DNA of 64,000 bases from Schizochytrium sp. TIO01. Taxonomy: Eukaryota; Protista; Bigyra: Labyrinthulomycetes. The notes beneath the pieces are model-generated. The model did not search any database. It saw nothing but the letters and a program-made list of their open reading frames with translations, and had not been told where the DNA came from. The translations under genes and the position numbers were made by a program. Within the stretch, counting starts at the first letter, position 1. Each line of letters starts with the position of its first letter. This document shows, one piece after another, positions 32,091 through 44,879 of this stretch. The stretch spans positions 658,747 to 722,746 of the forward strand of contig SMSO01000037.1 in assembly GCA_004764695.1 (NCBI GenBank). Direction: 5' to 3'.

Positions 32091-33199
32091 TGCATACATG
32101 AGTGCATGCATCCATTCTTACTTACCTTCATCATCGTCGCTATCCAGCTGTGGCTACAATGCCTGCGTCGTCAAACGGAGATGGAAAATGGAAAACACGG
32201 GCCTCCATCTTCAGCTTGAGTCACTCGTTGTTGGGCTCGAGACCTTGAATTTCACCCATCCTGCGAGGGGAGGTAGTGTACCACCATCTCCACGGTCGCA
32301 TTGCTCTCGCGGTCGCAGACGTCGTCGTCATCCTCGAAGCGATGAATAGGCCTAAGCAGTGCGTACAAAAGTAGAATAAAATACGCGCACTCTCAGTAAC
32401 AAATGCCTGAGCTCAATACTGGGGGTGCATATATAGGATATATATGCCATAAAATACGTGGGCTGGATATGCTGGTGAGTTTTCCTAAGAAAGCAATATG
32501 AGAGAAAGGAAAAGAAGAGTCAGAATCCAACTTTGAGATCGCAAGGGAGACTTGACAAATACAACTCTGTGCAAACCTGCATCTTCGGAGCGAGTTACGC
32601 CATACCACTCTCGCGCTGGAACCCGAGGCTCCCGCCGCGTGTGACCACGCAGAGTGGTCTGCCTTTGCGTGGCGAAGGCGTGAGAAAGACGCCCGGAGAT
32701 TCAAGGGACGAAGACCTCGCAAAGAATACCGCAGAAACAGCGGCAGCCAGTACCTAAAGAGCGAGAGCATATACTAGGGAGCCACACATCTCCGTGCGAG
32801 AACGGCAAGAAGAACTCGAAGTTGTGGCTGGGCCCACTTGCGAAGTCTATCTTGCTTGTGAGCACTTCTTCACAAGCAAGATTCACTAAGTTCTGTGGTT
32901 CATATAAAGTTTATTTGCAATCCTCGAAGGATAGAGGTTTTTAGTTACTGAAGGTCCTGCAGGAATCTCACAGGCGGAAATTAAAGGGCCCTCCAACGTG
33001 CAGAAAAAGAAAAATAAAAACTTGCAACCCTTGCTGTGATCCCTTCTCTCCAGGTAGATGAAAACAGCAGAGCAGGTTAGAGCGGTCGAAATTCTGCAAA
33101 TCTGCTCCATCTTAAGACCTCTACGGTAAACTCCGGTCTTGACATTTCTTTTGTTCGTAAACAAAATCACATACAGCAAATCTAGGGACGGTGACGAAC

Positions 33200-35366
33200 A
33201 TGGAGGCTGCACGCACGCTTATTTTACGCGACGTACAGGATCTCCAGCTGCCAGAAGGCGTACGGCTAGACCCGGTCGCTGGCACATTCGGCCTTTGTTG
33301 GCGAGTACGATTTGCTCTAAATGACTTTAATTGTGCCAATTTTGAGTCAGATTTGCTACTACGCTTTAGTCGAAGACATCCACATGAACCGCCGCGAGTC
33401 TTTGTGCCGTGGCGTAGCTCCACAGCCAGACCAAAGTTCGAGCTAGAATGGGCTAAATCTGCACAGTTTCATGAACTCCAGGAGGTTTTTGTAAGAGCAT
33501 TTGCTTTGGACAGCTGGACACCAATTATGTCCGTAGGAAATGTCGTTGAGGAGCTCTTGCGCACGGTTCGCGAGACACCTTCAACGCCACAGCCTAATTC
33601 TTCAAATTTTCTCACAAACGAATTGCTCACCGATATTTTAACATTTCTCTCAGCGCGCGAGGTGCGGCGCCTGGCAACCGTTTCCCAAGCATTTGCAGAA
33701 GTCTGTGAGTCAGAAGTTCTATGGGCAAGACTTTTCTTCATGCAACCCCCGATCTCTGATACACTGGCGTCTTGGGGTGCAGGTATTGGCCCGTCACGTA
33801 TTTGGGTTGGACCAGGCAAATGGGAATGGGATGGCGCTCGATTTGCGTATCGCCGAGCTATGGAAATGAAATCCTCCCTTCACAGCCTCTCACTTCTTGT
33901 AACCTCTGGTGAGCGACTCGAACAAGATGCAAAAGAAGCATTTAGTGCCATATTGAAACTTCGACTTCTCTGTACAGCACCTAATAACTCCGATAGCCTC
34001 TTGAATTTTGATATGCGAAACGTTGCAAGCACAATGACAGGAGTTATTGATTCTGTGCTCACAAGGAGGCTTAGAAGTGGTGCTGACTATTTGCGTGTCG
34101 TTTCTGAAAGCTTGCGTTCGCACATCTCAGAAAGCCAGCTTATTCGTCTCATCAAGTACTTAGAATCAAAGCACTCTGCATCAGTTAGAGCATCTTCTTT
34201 TGATGAAGACACTGGCCTTGCTGCTCCCTTGACTGTCACGGAGCTCAACAAAGTAAGCAACCTACTCCGTTGCTCCTCAAAGAAGTCTGCTTGCGCCCAT
34301 GATCGCGCTTTCAAAGCATATCACGAGACAAAACAACCTTGTGGAGTAAATCAGAGTTCCTTGCGCGAAGAAGTCCAAATAAGTCCATTTCAAACCAATG
34401 CTCGTAGGTCACACCCCAATGCACATGCGGCAGCTCTTAATCATTCTTTACCATTCGACCCTGAGGAGAGTGAATTGAGATTGGAAAGGCAACATGCATC
34501 GCAATATCATTTTCAACAAGTTCAGCAGCGGCAAGAACCAGCACCACAATCACAACAGCAACAGCAGCAGCAGCAGCAGCAACAACAACAACAACGTCAA
34601 AACGCAAATGAAGAACTTCTCAATACCGTGCCTAACTTTCTTCAACGTTCAGTTGACTTTTACTTTGGTAATCCGGAAGGGCTTCGAGATGCTGAGAACC
34701 AGGGTCTGCTCCCCCAAGAATCGCAAGAAGTGGGAATCTCAAATCCATCCCGTCGACGCCATTTGGGAGATTTGTATCAAGGGAACAATGGGCCTACGCT
34801 TAGTAGCACTGGAGCAGTTGGCGCCTCTGCACGCAGAAATCGGGGGACATCTCATACTGGACTATTATCATCAGCCGCAGCACCCAACAATGGTCCCGCA
34901 AACCAGCATCTTGGAAGCCCTCGGTTTCCTGAACCAGGATCCATAGAGGCGGAACGGGACCAAATAGTGGGCACCGGGGAAGTTGCTGGTTTGACAGCTC
35001 ATGGGCCAATCGCGGAAGGTCCAGATCGATGGCTCCCCTTTGAAGGAGCAGCAAATTCTCTACAAAGTGAACATTTAGCCACTTTGGCTGATTTGTCATC
35101 TACTGTTGACCAAGGGACTGAAGATGATACCGAGGTCATATCTCAACTTCGTGATGTTTGGCGTCACTCTTTCCCAACGCTTAGACAACAGCGCAACCGC
35201 GAAATATCCAGTTCTAACCCCGCAGCTCAGTCTTTAGGAGCGGCGCAGTCCATGCATGCTGGCGAACACTTGGAGGCACGAAGGAGTAGTGTGTTAGAAG
35301 AATTCGCCTCATTCCTAACCCCTCGCATTCCCGTGCTTGAGATTTATCATCAGCAGCAACAGCAAC

Positions 35367-35426
<60 letters not shown>

Positions 35427-36924
35427 ATTTCAACGAGAGGAAGGTAATGAAGATGTTCCTATGAATGATCATAGTGATGATGACATACAAGCTACCCCGA
35501 GAACCTCGTTGTCCGTCATCCGCCATTTGCTCGTCCAGCATATGGCCCGTACTTTCAGGATGGGAGATTCGCGTGTTTCTTTCGTTCTATCTTTGGCTTA
35601 CAAAAAGCTAACTCTTTACTTGCGACTTCTGGAAAGGCAGATTGCTGGTGAATCCACCCCAGTCGAAAAGCTTGTTCTGGGAAACATTGTGCGCATGAAG
35701 CTGGGAAACCTCTTTATGTCAAACCTTTCACATGGAATGCGAGTAGATATGAAGGATACTCGCGGCGATTGGTATGCTGGCCGGCTCACTCGTAGTGTAA
35801 ATAGTACGCCAGAAGTTGATTGGCCTGCAAACACGCCACAGTGGGTCATTCGATTTGACGGATATTCTAATCGTTGGAATGAACTTGTTCCTCGACATGT
35901 GAGTGCCTTGGAGAGGCTCGCGCCTCTCCGAAGTCATACCACCTCAAATGAATATGGTACAGGTCTACACGAGGACTATCGTGAAACATTGTCGAAGTCT
36001 GTTCTCTTGCGGAAAAGCAAGCGTCAAAGGCGCGCCATCATTGAAGGTCTGCACAACGCAGCTTTTGTACTTGCCCCATCATCGCGTAATACTACATCAT
36101 CAAATGGCAATTCGGTGGCTAATAGTGCAGGTATATTTCCCATAGCTCATCTTGAAAGCAAAACTATTTCACAACCAGGTTCGGACATGGCATACGCTGA
36201 CGATAAACCGTTTGTGATCAAATTATGTGCTTTAGGGCAGCCCCTTATCTCATTTTGCACTGATCGACACCAACCGCTCTGCGAAATCGTAGACGAATAT
36301 CTCTTAGTAGTTGCTTCCTTCTGTCAGGATTCATCAAAGAATATGACTTTATCCGCGTCTGATGCTGTTGTCGTGCACTTGCCACGCCGTTCATCGTCTG
36401 AAGCATCGCTCGCCTTACGCTACTTTCAAACTAATATATTTGGAAGTCCAGTAGATGGGGATCCATCCAGGATTGCACGTGGTCGCGGAGAAGAGCATCT
36501 ACAACGCTACTTTGATATGGAATGCCACTTGCTGACGCATTTGAGCCAAGTCTTTTCTTTGTATGAGAATGCTCTGGTGACTCACGCTGATTTTGAATCT
36601 ACGCGGAATCATTTTGTGCACCCACCTACCATGGCAAACCTACCGAACGAATTTGCTGATCCCCAATTCGTATTTCTTGCATCGGAATCCCCAGATCTGC
36701 CTCGAAACGATTCTCACGCTTCTGATTGCGCTACAAGGCCCAGTCACTCTCCAAAGTTCGGTAAAACTACTTCTCAGCTTAACAGACCAAGCATCACGAA
36801 AGCCAATGCAGTTGATCAAATCCAGTCTTTGTTTGGTGACGATGCAAGAGTACTCGATATCTCCAAATCTCCCGCCGAACTCGGGCTTGAATCAGAAACT
36901 TTGCTTGATGTGGCTACTCTATAA
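33200..36924 (+). CDS. Multidomain ubiquitin-system protein (UBC/UEV-like, F-box, polyQ, Tudor/Agenet-like, SUMO-like), split by a 1-nt frameshift at about 35366
   Basis: ORFs 33191-35464 and 35461-36924 join if one A is restored in the CAGCAA repeat. F-box LTNELLTDILTFLSAREVRRLATVSQAF..LW; UBC-like RFSRRHPHEPPRV..WTPIMSVGNVV; barrel motif GMRVDMKDTRGDWY..IRFDGYSNRWNE. Confidence 0.75.
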
Positions 36925-38259
36925 ATCCAAGAATTGCAACTTTCCTACTTTGTGAAAACTGCGGTTCATGGTCATATGGACTCAAAACAATTGCAATTTT
37001 TTTAGCCCTTCTCATTATCAGGTCGTCCCTTATTTATCACAGGAAAAATATGCTTAAAAATTAGGGATATCATAGTGTAGTTAACTTCTTTCCAGCAAAT
37101 ACCCACGATATCCATCAGCCGCCCCTTCTTTCGAACAGCTGTAAGTATTTATTTAAAAAAACTCATATGTATATATAACTTGTTTTCGATAATTGAGGTA
37201 CTGCCATAGTATGTTACTTCTATAACTTAAATGATTGGCATCCTTTTCTAAATCTGTCCACTTTCTTTTCAAACGAGCATTCGGATTATTTCGTTTATTG
37301 TTAGCGGGTGCGCACTTCGAGCGAATAGTTTGACTTGGCGAGGTATAATTAAGCCCAGAGTTTTCGTATGGTGTAATCCGCTAATCGTTATACCTTAACA
37401 ATATGAATGCCAATTCTCATCTTGCGATTGCTCACCGACAGCTGTGAGTGAGCTGAACTGGGAAGTTACTTCTCAACCCACGAAATTTGTTCCATTTGAC
37501 TCTTCTCAGCTTCTTTAACAACAAGCCAACAACTTTTCTGTTGTCCTCTTTACCGTCCAACGAGCGCTCGTTTTCGCTATAGTGAACTGCAGCTGGTACT
37601 GTTTCCATTTAGAATAACCCCCCGTTTCCTTTTGACCCATCGTTCTCCCCTTCTGGTACACTCATGCAACAAGACGTCAAAAGAGCCGTTGGGCCTTTTC
37701 TTAAGCCTTATTTTTGGGGGGGGGAGAGGCGGTCAGTCATTTTGAAACAGCTTGAATTTCACACAACAAGCATGACGTTGATTCTGTGTAACTAGTGCAA
37801 GTAAGCCTCCGTTTCAGTCCCGGTTCCCTTCCTGGTTTCTGTACATGCATGGCGCAAGTGTTGTATTGTTCATCTCTGATTAATCTTTTTGGCTCTAGAA
37901 AGCCATGGCATGATTCCGAAAAAGAAGATACTACTAGCAGTTGCGTATAAAGGGGAAGCAAGCGCTACCAGTTTCGACTTGAGCAGGAAGCTCCAAATCG
38001 CTCTTTGTTTTACCTCAGAGTGCACCAAGGTCATACTTTGGTTTGATTTGGTTGGATGGTTGGTAACCACATTATAATACTGTTACTACTTAATGAAGAA
38101 CAGTTCACGTCGCCAGCATCAAAGCCCTATTACTGAGCAGCGTGGAGAAGCAAGAGCGCGTGGTGCGCTGCCACCCGCCCTTGGCGTGGCGCTCAGCCTA
38201 TAGGTAGGCTGGGCGACCATCGAAGGCCTCGGTGTTAAAAGTGAAACCAAGCTGCGAAG

Positions 38260-41200
38260 ATGAGTACATCTTTGCTCACGGGGCGCACAGAGAATGCGAC
38301 CAGTGTGAGTATTGACGCCATTCTCGTCTTCAAGAAGTGGATATTTGTTGGATTTTATGAAATATGGAAACTTGAGATCGTTGGAAAGCTGTTCTTTCGA
38401 ATCTCAACCTATGTTCAAACGCTTCAATTGATGTACCTCACTTTCGTATTCAACAAACCTGGGTACTGGTTAAATGGAGTGTCCAGCGTCATGATCAAAA
38501 TGCTTCAACCCCTAGGAGAAGTAATTGATGTAACAAATAGCTTCAATAGTTTCATCTGTGGCATTGTTGGAGTAGGAACATGTATCTGGTTCACATTTAT
38601 CGCTTTTAATGTCATCGCCCAAGATCATACACGAAAGCGCCCTCCCAAAAAGCATTTGATTACCGGAGTGGCTTGGCTTCTACGGTTGCAGCAAACTATC
38701 TTACTCCAGCCATTTCTAACTATCTTATTGCGCTCATGGGGGTGCCCAGATATTGCCACAGATATTTTTACTTGTGGCTCGCCACAGACAATACTCAAGA
38801 ACGGAGTTATTGCCACCTCTATTCTTATTCTGGTTGGCTTTTTCCCACTTAATGCATTGTTCATCATTCAAATTGCCCCCACATCGATTCACTCAGGACG
38901 TACTCAATCGCAAGGATTCCGTGCTCCGCATGGTCGTGTCGAATATGCAACAACTATGCTTCGAGCAATTGCAACCCTGGTTATTATTAGCCTTGAGGTG
39001 AGCAGCGCAACTTTTGCTTCGTTTATGGAAATTGTAGGCATTGGCACCTTAATTGCTGCTGGTATTGGCCTCGTTGGTGCTTACTGGTGGTATCTGCCTT
39101 TCTATGACATGTCTTGGAACTTGATAGGTGCAGTTACATACTCAATTTTTCTTTGGACGACAATCGCACTAGCGTGCGCACATGCAGTTAGAGACGTAAA
39201 TGATTATAGTTCTCTTTTGATATGGATTACAGGAATGCCATTTCTGCTTTATTCCACCAGTGCACAAGTTTACCAGCGCATACTGTATCTCGGGCGTTCA
39301 AAGGCTCCACTTTCCTTGAGTCCTTATGTTGCTGAGTTGCAGCTCCGGCTACGGCACATTACCCCATTAGTGAAAACTGGGATGAGACTTCCGCAAGTCG
39401 AGGAATTTTGTATGGAAGGAAACGTTTTTTCAAGTTATCGGGAGGCATTGGATGAGTTTGCCGATTGTTCATATTTTCAGCTTCTTGTAGCAACTCTAGT
39501 TTTTGTTTCCGGGAAAAAAATGGTGTTTGGATTAAATAGAATCAAATGTGCACGAGAGCTTCCTCGGCAAATCGATCTCGAATTTTCACTGTTTTGCTTG
39601 AATATGAACATTCGTGAGAAGCAAGCTACCACTGCAGGTGCCATGTCATATATGGAGTTTGATAAGCATCTACATAAATCTCGAGAGCTTATTGTAAGAT
39701 GCCTCAAACTTATGCACAATTTTTGGTTTCGAGTGATGAATGGAGGTCGTATGGATGAACTGATTCAGTCTGGACGAGCAATAAGTCAAGCCTCCAATGA
39801 GTGTCGCAAAACGATTCGTAGGCTTCTCAAAATTTCTGATTCTTCTTCTGTAGCCCTACGATGGCACGCAACCTATGTGGCGTATGTCCTGAACGATATT
39901 CCTACAGCTGTTAATATAATTTCACGCTGTCGAGCAGAAACAATGGAAAACGAAAGAGCAGGTTATGCGGTTTGTATTATTAGTGCTGATCTCGCCAGTC
40001 TAGGCAAGATTCTCGAGGTAACAGAGGCCACATGTGATCTGTTCGGGTATGAGCGTGTTGAGCTCCTGGGTCGAAATGTAAAAATGTTATGCCCCGAGCC
40101 CTTTGATGCTGTGCATGATAATTTCATTCGTCACTTTCTTGATGAAGACAGCGACTTCAGCACAAAAACACGGCGCATTTATGGCCTTCATCATTCAGGC
40201 TATCTGATTCCCGTCGACTTCGTTATCACTCCGAGCACAAATGCCAGTGGAGATTTGATTCTCATTGGAACTTTTATTGAAAGACCTTTGCCAGGTGACA
40301 CGCATCTTTTGCTTGTAAATGCATTGAATTTTATAGTTACATCAGCAAGTGAAGATAGTGTAGTGGCTCTCGGACTGAACCCCGATGAACTTTTCTCAAT
40401 GAGTCTTCGAATCACTGATGTGCTTCCTAACTTTCTTCAGCGGGATAGTAGCCTATATTATTCGACGGAACGTACAATTCTCGTTGGCGGGGTGCCGTAC
40501 GGCGTACGAGCTCGCAAAATGGAGTTCCAATCCCCGCACGATGCTAAAACGAACTTTCACATTGCAACGTTTATAGTCATCTTTACTCGGAAAGAAAAGC
40601 TTACAGAGGAAGAAGAGACTATGCTCACAATACCTCGTGTTCGCAGTAATAGATTTTCCTTCTCTAAACGCAATTCAATGAAGATGGGAGCAAGCCGTCG
40701 TGGTACTTTGAGGGCTGATACACGAGATATCATTGGTTTGAAGGCTAGTCCAAGCGCTGGGCAAATGACAGTCAAAACAGGAGCTCGTAAACGAAGCCGT
40801 CAGAGCTTTTTAGGGCTTGACTCTGGGCCTGATGGAGAAAGTCAAACCTCATCTATGCAGGACGGTTTGATCCCACTAACACGGCAGATCGAGATTCTGC
40901 GTCGCAGGTTAGCTCTTAATCTCCGTACGCAAGATCCCATCGTTGCTGCGTTTAGCCGTTTTTCTATCTATTTCAATATCACATGTTTTTTAACTGCGGT
41001 TTTGAATGCTTTTCTCGCAGTTAGATGCTATCGTGATTTTGAAGATGAAGTCAATAGCATGGCAAGAGTAATGGAAGAAGGACGTTTATTTGCACTTGTA
41101 CCGAGTTACCTTTTTCATGCTGAAAATTATCCCTTTCCAAGTGTCTTAACAATGCTATCTGAGGCCGCATCTAGCCTTTTTCAGTTACACCTTGACGTGA

Positions 41201-43051
41201 TTGATACTGCGCACTCAACATCTGTGTCAAAGCTTAATGAGTACTTGTATGCACCTAACCTAGAAATGCCGTGGCCTGTGGGCGAGAGCCTTATTGACCA
41301 GACTAGCTTTCATATGAGCGTACTTTCAGCATTGAATTACATGGATGATATTCTTGAAGACGCCAGTAATGGCACCTTGCAATGCGAGACTGAGAGGTGC
41401 GAGGCAGTCAACTCATTGATCAAAATGGAGCCCATTGTAAAGGCCCAACAGATTGCGGACTTTTATTCTGCAAGAGCTCAAAACTTGCTGCACGAGCAAG
41501 AAATCATTGATGCGATGTATTTGGGCTTAACATGTGTTATTCTAGTCTTCGCTTTTTTCATTGGCTATTTACCTCTTATGACAAATGTTAGCAACCAACG
41601 GGCTAATGTTAGGCAAGCATTTCTCAGCATTCCTTCTCACATGTGTTCATATTTAAAGCAAAAGGCCCTTGAACGTCTAAGATCTATCAAAGAAGGACGT
41701 CTTCCCACAGCAGCTCGTTTGCAAAATGATCAGAATGAGCTTAAAACAGACAGCATAAAGTTTTCTGGAGGCATCGGAGCTGCGAAAGGTGACCATATGG
41801 ATGCTAACGATGCATTTCTAACAGGAGCAGTAAGCACTGACAGTGGGACGTGGGCAACACAATTTCGAAGTCGAAAACGAATGCAAGGACCTGGGCGTCG
41901 AACAAGTAGTGGCTCAGGACCAGGTAGTAAGGCATCAAGTAAGGTTGCGCCAATGCAAGAGGTAGTCAATGAGGCTGCTATACCTCCGCCTAGCAACCAA
42001 GCAGATGATATTCAGAGAGCTCACTCAACATCATCTGCCCTTAGTCGTAAGTCGTCTGTGCGGTCTGCAGCTCATCTTTTGGAACGCATGTCGACTGTTA
42101 TCTCCATGGCCACAGATGTTAGACATACACGTCCTGACCGAGAAACTTTAGAAATCGCAGAGGAATATATTTTGATAATGTCAGCCAGGATAGTTAAGCG
42201 CTGCAAAGCCGCCTTTCGCATTGGATTTACCTATTGGTGTATGTTGGCGCAATTCTGGTTCGTCAGGGTACGAGACAGTGAACATCTTGAAGCGATGCCT
42301 AGTATGGCGTCTGCTGTCCAAGTTGCAGGCTTGCGCTATGTACATATACATGCAGTCATGTTTTGGGCTGTGCAGCCTGCTTCTGAAGAGGCCAATTTGC
42401 AGCTTAAAGAAAATATTGAAAAGGCATTGCTTTATCATCAGGCTCTTACATTCGGCAATGAAACTCTTGGAGTGAAACCCTTTAGCTCAACCGAAGGAAG
42501 TCTGTTTGAACTTTTATTTACTGATGCATGCGACGCTAACTGTACAATCTATAGCTCAAGTGTTGAAGACTTTCGAAAGGATTCCGACGTATATGTTGAA
42601 CAATGTCTTGCAACAAACTTGAAGCTTGGTTTATCGTTTGCTCTTAACGATTTTATAGGAAAAGCTTCAAATGTCCAGATAGCTCTAGATGCGTACTTGC
42701 TAGCTGAAGATATTGCAATAGAAGAGCAACTATATGTCAAATTTGAGTTGGCCCAAGCAGAACTTCTTGACTTCCGTTCGCAGATTTTCATGGGCGAGCA
42801 AATTGATCAAGCTATGCAGATATATACTAATGCTATCGAGTCTAGGGTGGCAGAGATTTTTTGGGAAAAACTCACAAGCCTTAAGTATCCTAGCTGGGTT
42901 ATTGCTGGTTGGGCGCTCAATATCACAACGAGTTTTCAAAGAATTAGATCAAGAACTAAGCAATATTAAAAGCTTAGTCCTTGGACTGCCAACTGAAGTG
43001 TTTGTTCAGGTTCCACCAATGCTTGAGATCCTAAAGATGGACAAGTCCTAA
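38260..43051 (+). CDS. TmcB/TmcC-like multi-pass membrane protein with PAS domain; probable frameshift near the 3' end
   Basis: 1569-aa ORF with many N-terminal TM helices, PHGRVE, YLPFY, and PAS LFGYERVELLGRNVKMLCPEPFDAVHDNFI. A family-like tail (ELDQELSNIKSLVLGLPTEV) is in the +1 frame and ends at 43051. Confidence 0.78.
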
Positions 43052-43584
43052 GCAACTTGGGTGATCCTTAGTTAAAAATAAAATATATTGTTTCAAATCT
43101 ATGTCATAAGATTCATCTCATATAATTCATCCCGTAAGAGCGTAATTATAATAGCAACTATGCATTACATAACTCTGGCTTCTAGTCGGCTACGTTAAAT
43201 GGAGCTCGCAGATGAATCCTCTCTCTTAGTACTGTCTATTTAGTTTTCCGGGCGTTGTTATATGGTACTAGTTGCACGCGATCTAGTCGAGGCAACCTGT
43301 GTAAAATGTCGCCTGCTTATACACATACACATATACAAATATACAAATTATCATTACAATGCTAGTTTCGCTTGAGTTTACCCAAGTGCATGGATTGCTA
43401 GAGATATCCTCTTATTAATAAAAGGTATGCTTCGTGCACAAATTCATCTTTACACATATCTTAGCCCATATGTTTCCAGCTGCGCCCGATCTTTGTTGAC
43501 AGGCTCTGTTCGGGAGAGCTTTTCTGCCTCTACTGTACTTACGGAAAAAGTAGAACTTCTCTAACCTCCAAACGGTAGTGTATA

Positions 43585-44495
43585 TTCCATATAAACGATA
43601 TGTCATAATTATTTAGGTCTCTGTCGTTTGTTAAGAAGTGGAAGTTAGGTAAGAAAATGGCATGACCAAGGAATCAACAAGCTCTAAACACTATAAGTGA
43701 AGCACATATACAGTACAAGCTAGTGAAGTACTTCAACCAGAATTTTTGTGTCTCAGCGAGTGCCCTTCGGTCACTTTCCCAGAGGCAATCGCTTGTACGC
43801 AAGTGACGATATTAAGCCCATCTATGGCTGCGTTTTGTTCCGGCGGCCGCGAACAAGGCAGAACCCATTTTCTACACCAGAGACCTCTACCAAGTCCAAA
43901 GAGGATTTTCCAATGTTAGATTGGTGGCCCCCAGCGTGCTTATCCAGACACCTCCGCCGTCTACAAACACATCGGTAGAGAGATAAGCTTTAAAAGGCCT
44001 GGCTTACGCGCCCTACTGGACTAACGAGATTCATCGCAAGCTTCCACTTTGGGCTCTGTGAAAACTAGGGTGGAATCCTTTTGCAAACCTCAACAATTTA
44101 ACAAGACGGATCAAAACCAAGACCACTCGAACAATGTGTCTTTGGCTTCCGCCAAACGCTCATTCACAAAGCCGAGCTTTTCCCTTGCCAGTGGTGTAAA
44201 ACTAGTTTTTTGCCGAGAGGATTGCACTCTAAAGCCATGTAATGGATGCGGTACCATCCACAACAAGCTTGGAACATCCAAGGTTTGTAAATGTCCCCGA
44301 AAATTGCAAACACGTAGCCGATCGCAATATCGACGCCGCCGGAGACATCCTTTGGGGCTACCTATCCATCCAAGGGCACGCTTCAAGAATTACCTTTGAG
44401 TCGCGGCTTAGTTTTAAACCTGCAATTGGGCCTTAGACCCACGTTGTTATCATAGAAAATGCAAGTTTTGCAAGTTTTACAGGTTAAGCTCTAAG
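43585..44495 (+). mobile_element. Degenerate, internally deleted relative of the IS607-Fanzor2 element
   Basis: Aligns with the intact leader (TAAGAAGTGGA.GTTAGGTAAGAAAATGG, ATG at 43657) and 5' tnpA up to CCCTACTGGAC (44021). It then jumps to the Fanzor C-terminus (GAGATTCA.CGCAAGCT, zinc finger CNGCG) and the right end. It carries stops and frameshifts, and its left boundary is uncertain. Confidence 0.88.
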
Positions 44496-44515
44496 TGTTT
44501 GCCTTCATTTCTTTA
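44397..44515 (+). ncRNA. omegaRNA-like scaffold of the degenerate copy (putative guide 44496-44515)
   Basis: TTGAGTCGCGG.TTAG block, TGGG/CCCA hairpin enclosing CTTAGA (exact complement of the terminal TCTAAG), and AAATGCAAGTTTTGCAA block. Confidence 0.55.
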
Positions 44516-44879
44516 TGATTAAAAATAATAATAAAATAGAAACATTAGCCTAGCTACCTAGACACCAACTACTAGTCCATATGTGATACATATAATAGTC
44601 AACACAGTCACGTCTGACCGTGCGGGTGCGCACGAAAAAGGTGTGTGCTCCGCGCCATGATGCCGTTTACATAAAGGCAGAAGCGGAGGAAGAGGTTTCT
44701 GAGCTCTTGATTAACAAACAATGGCTTGCATGCTTGAAGGAAAGAGGCAAAGGATCCAAGACAGATCTCTTGCGTTAAGCGTTAAGTTTGGCCTTCTGGC
44801 GCTTCGGACGTGGATAGCTGGCTGGGTAGATAGCTGGCTAACCTCTTCTGTGCTTTGCGGTCGTTTAGGTTATCTCACC

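Noticed and set aside
43977-43992. Partial match (GAGATAAG) to the predicted guide inside the degenerate copy
   Set aside because: Only about 8 nt match and there is no TAGG next to it, which is expected by chance.
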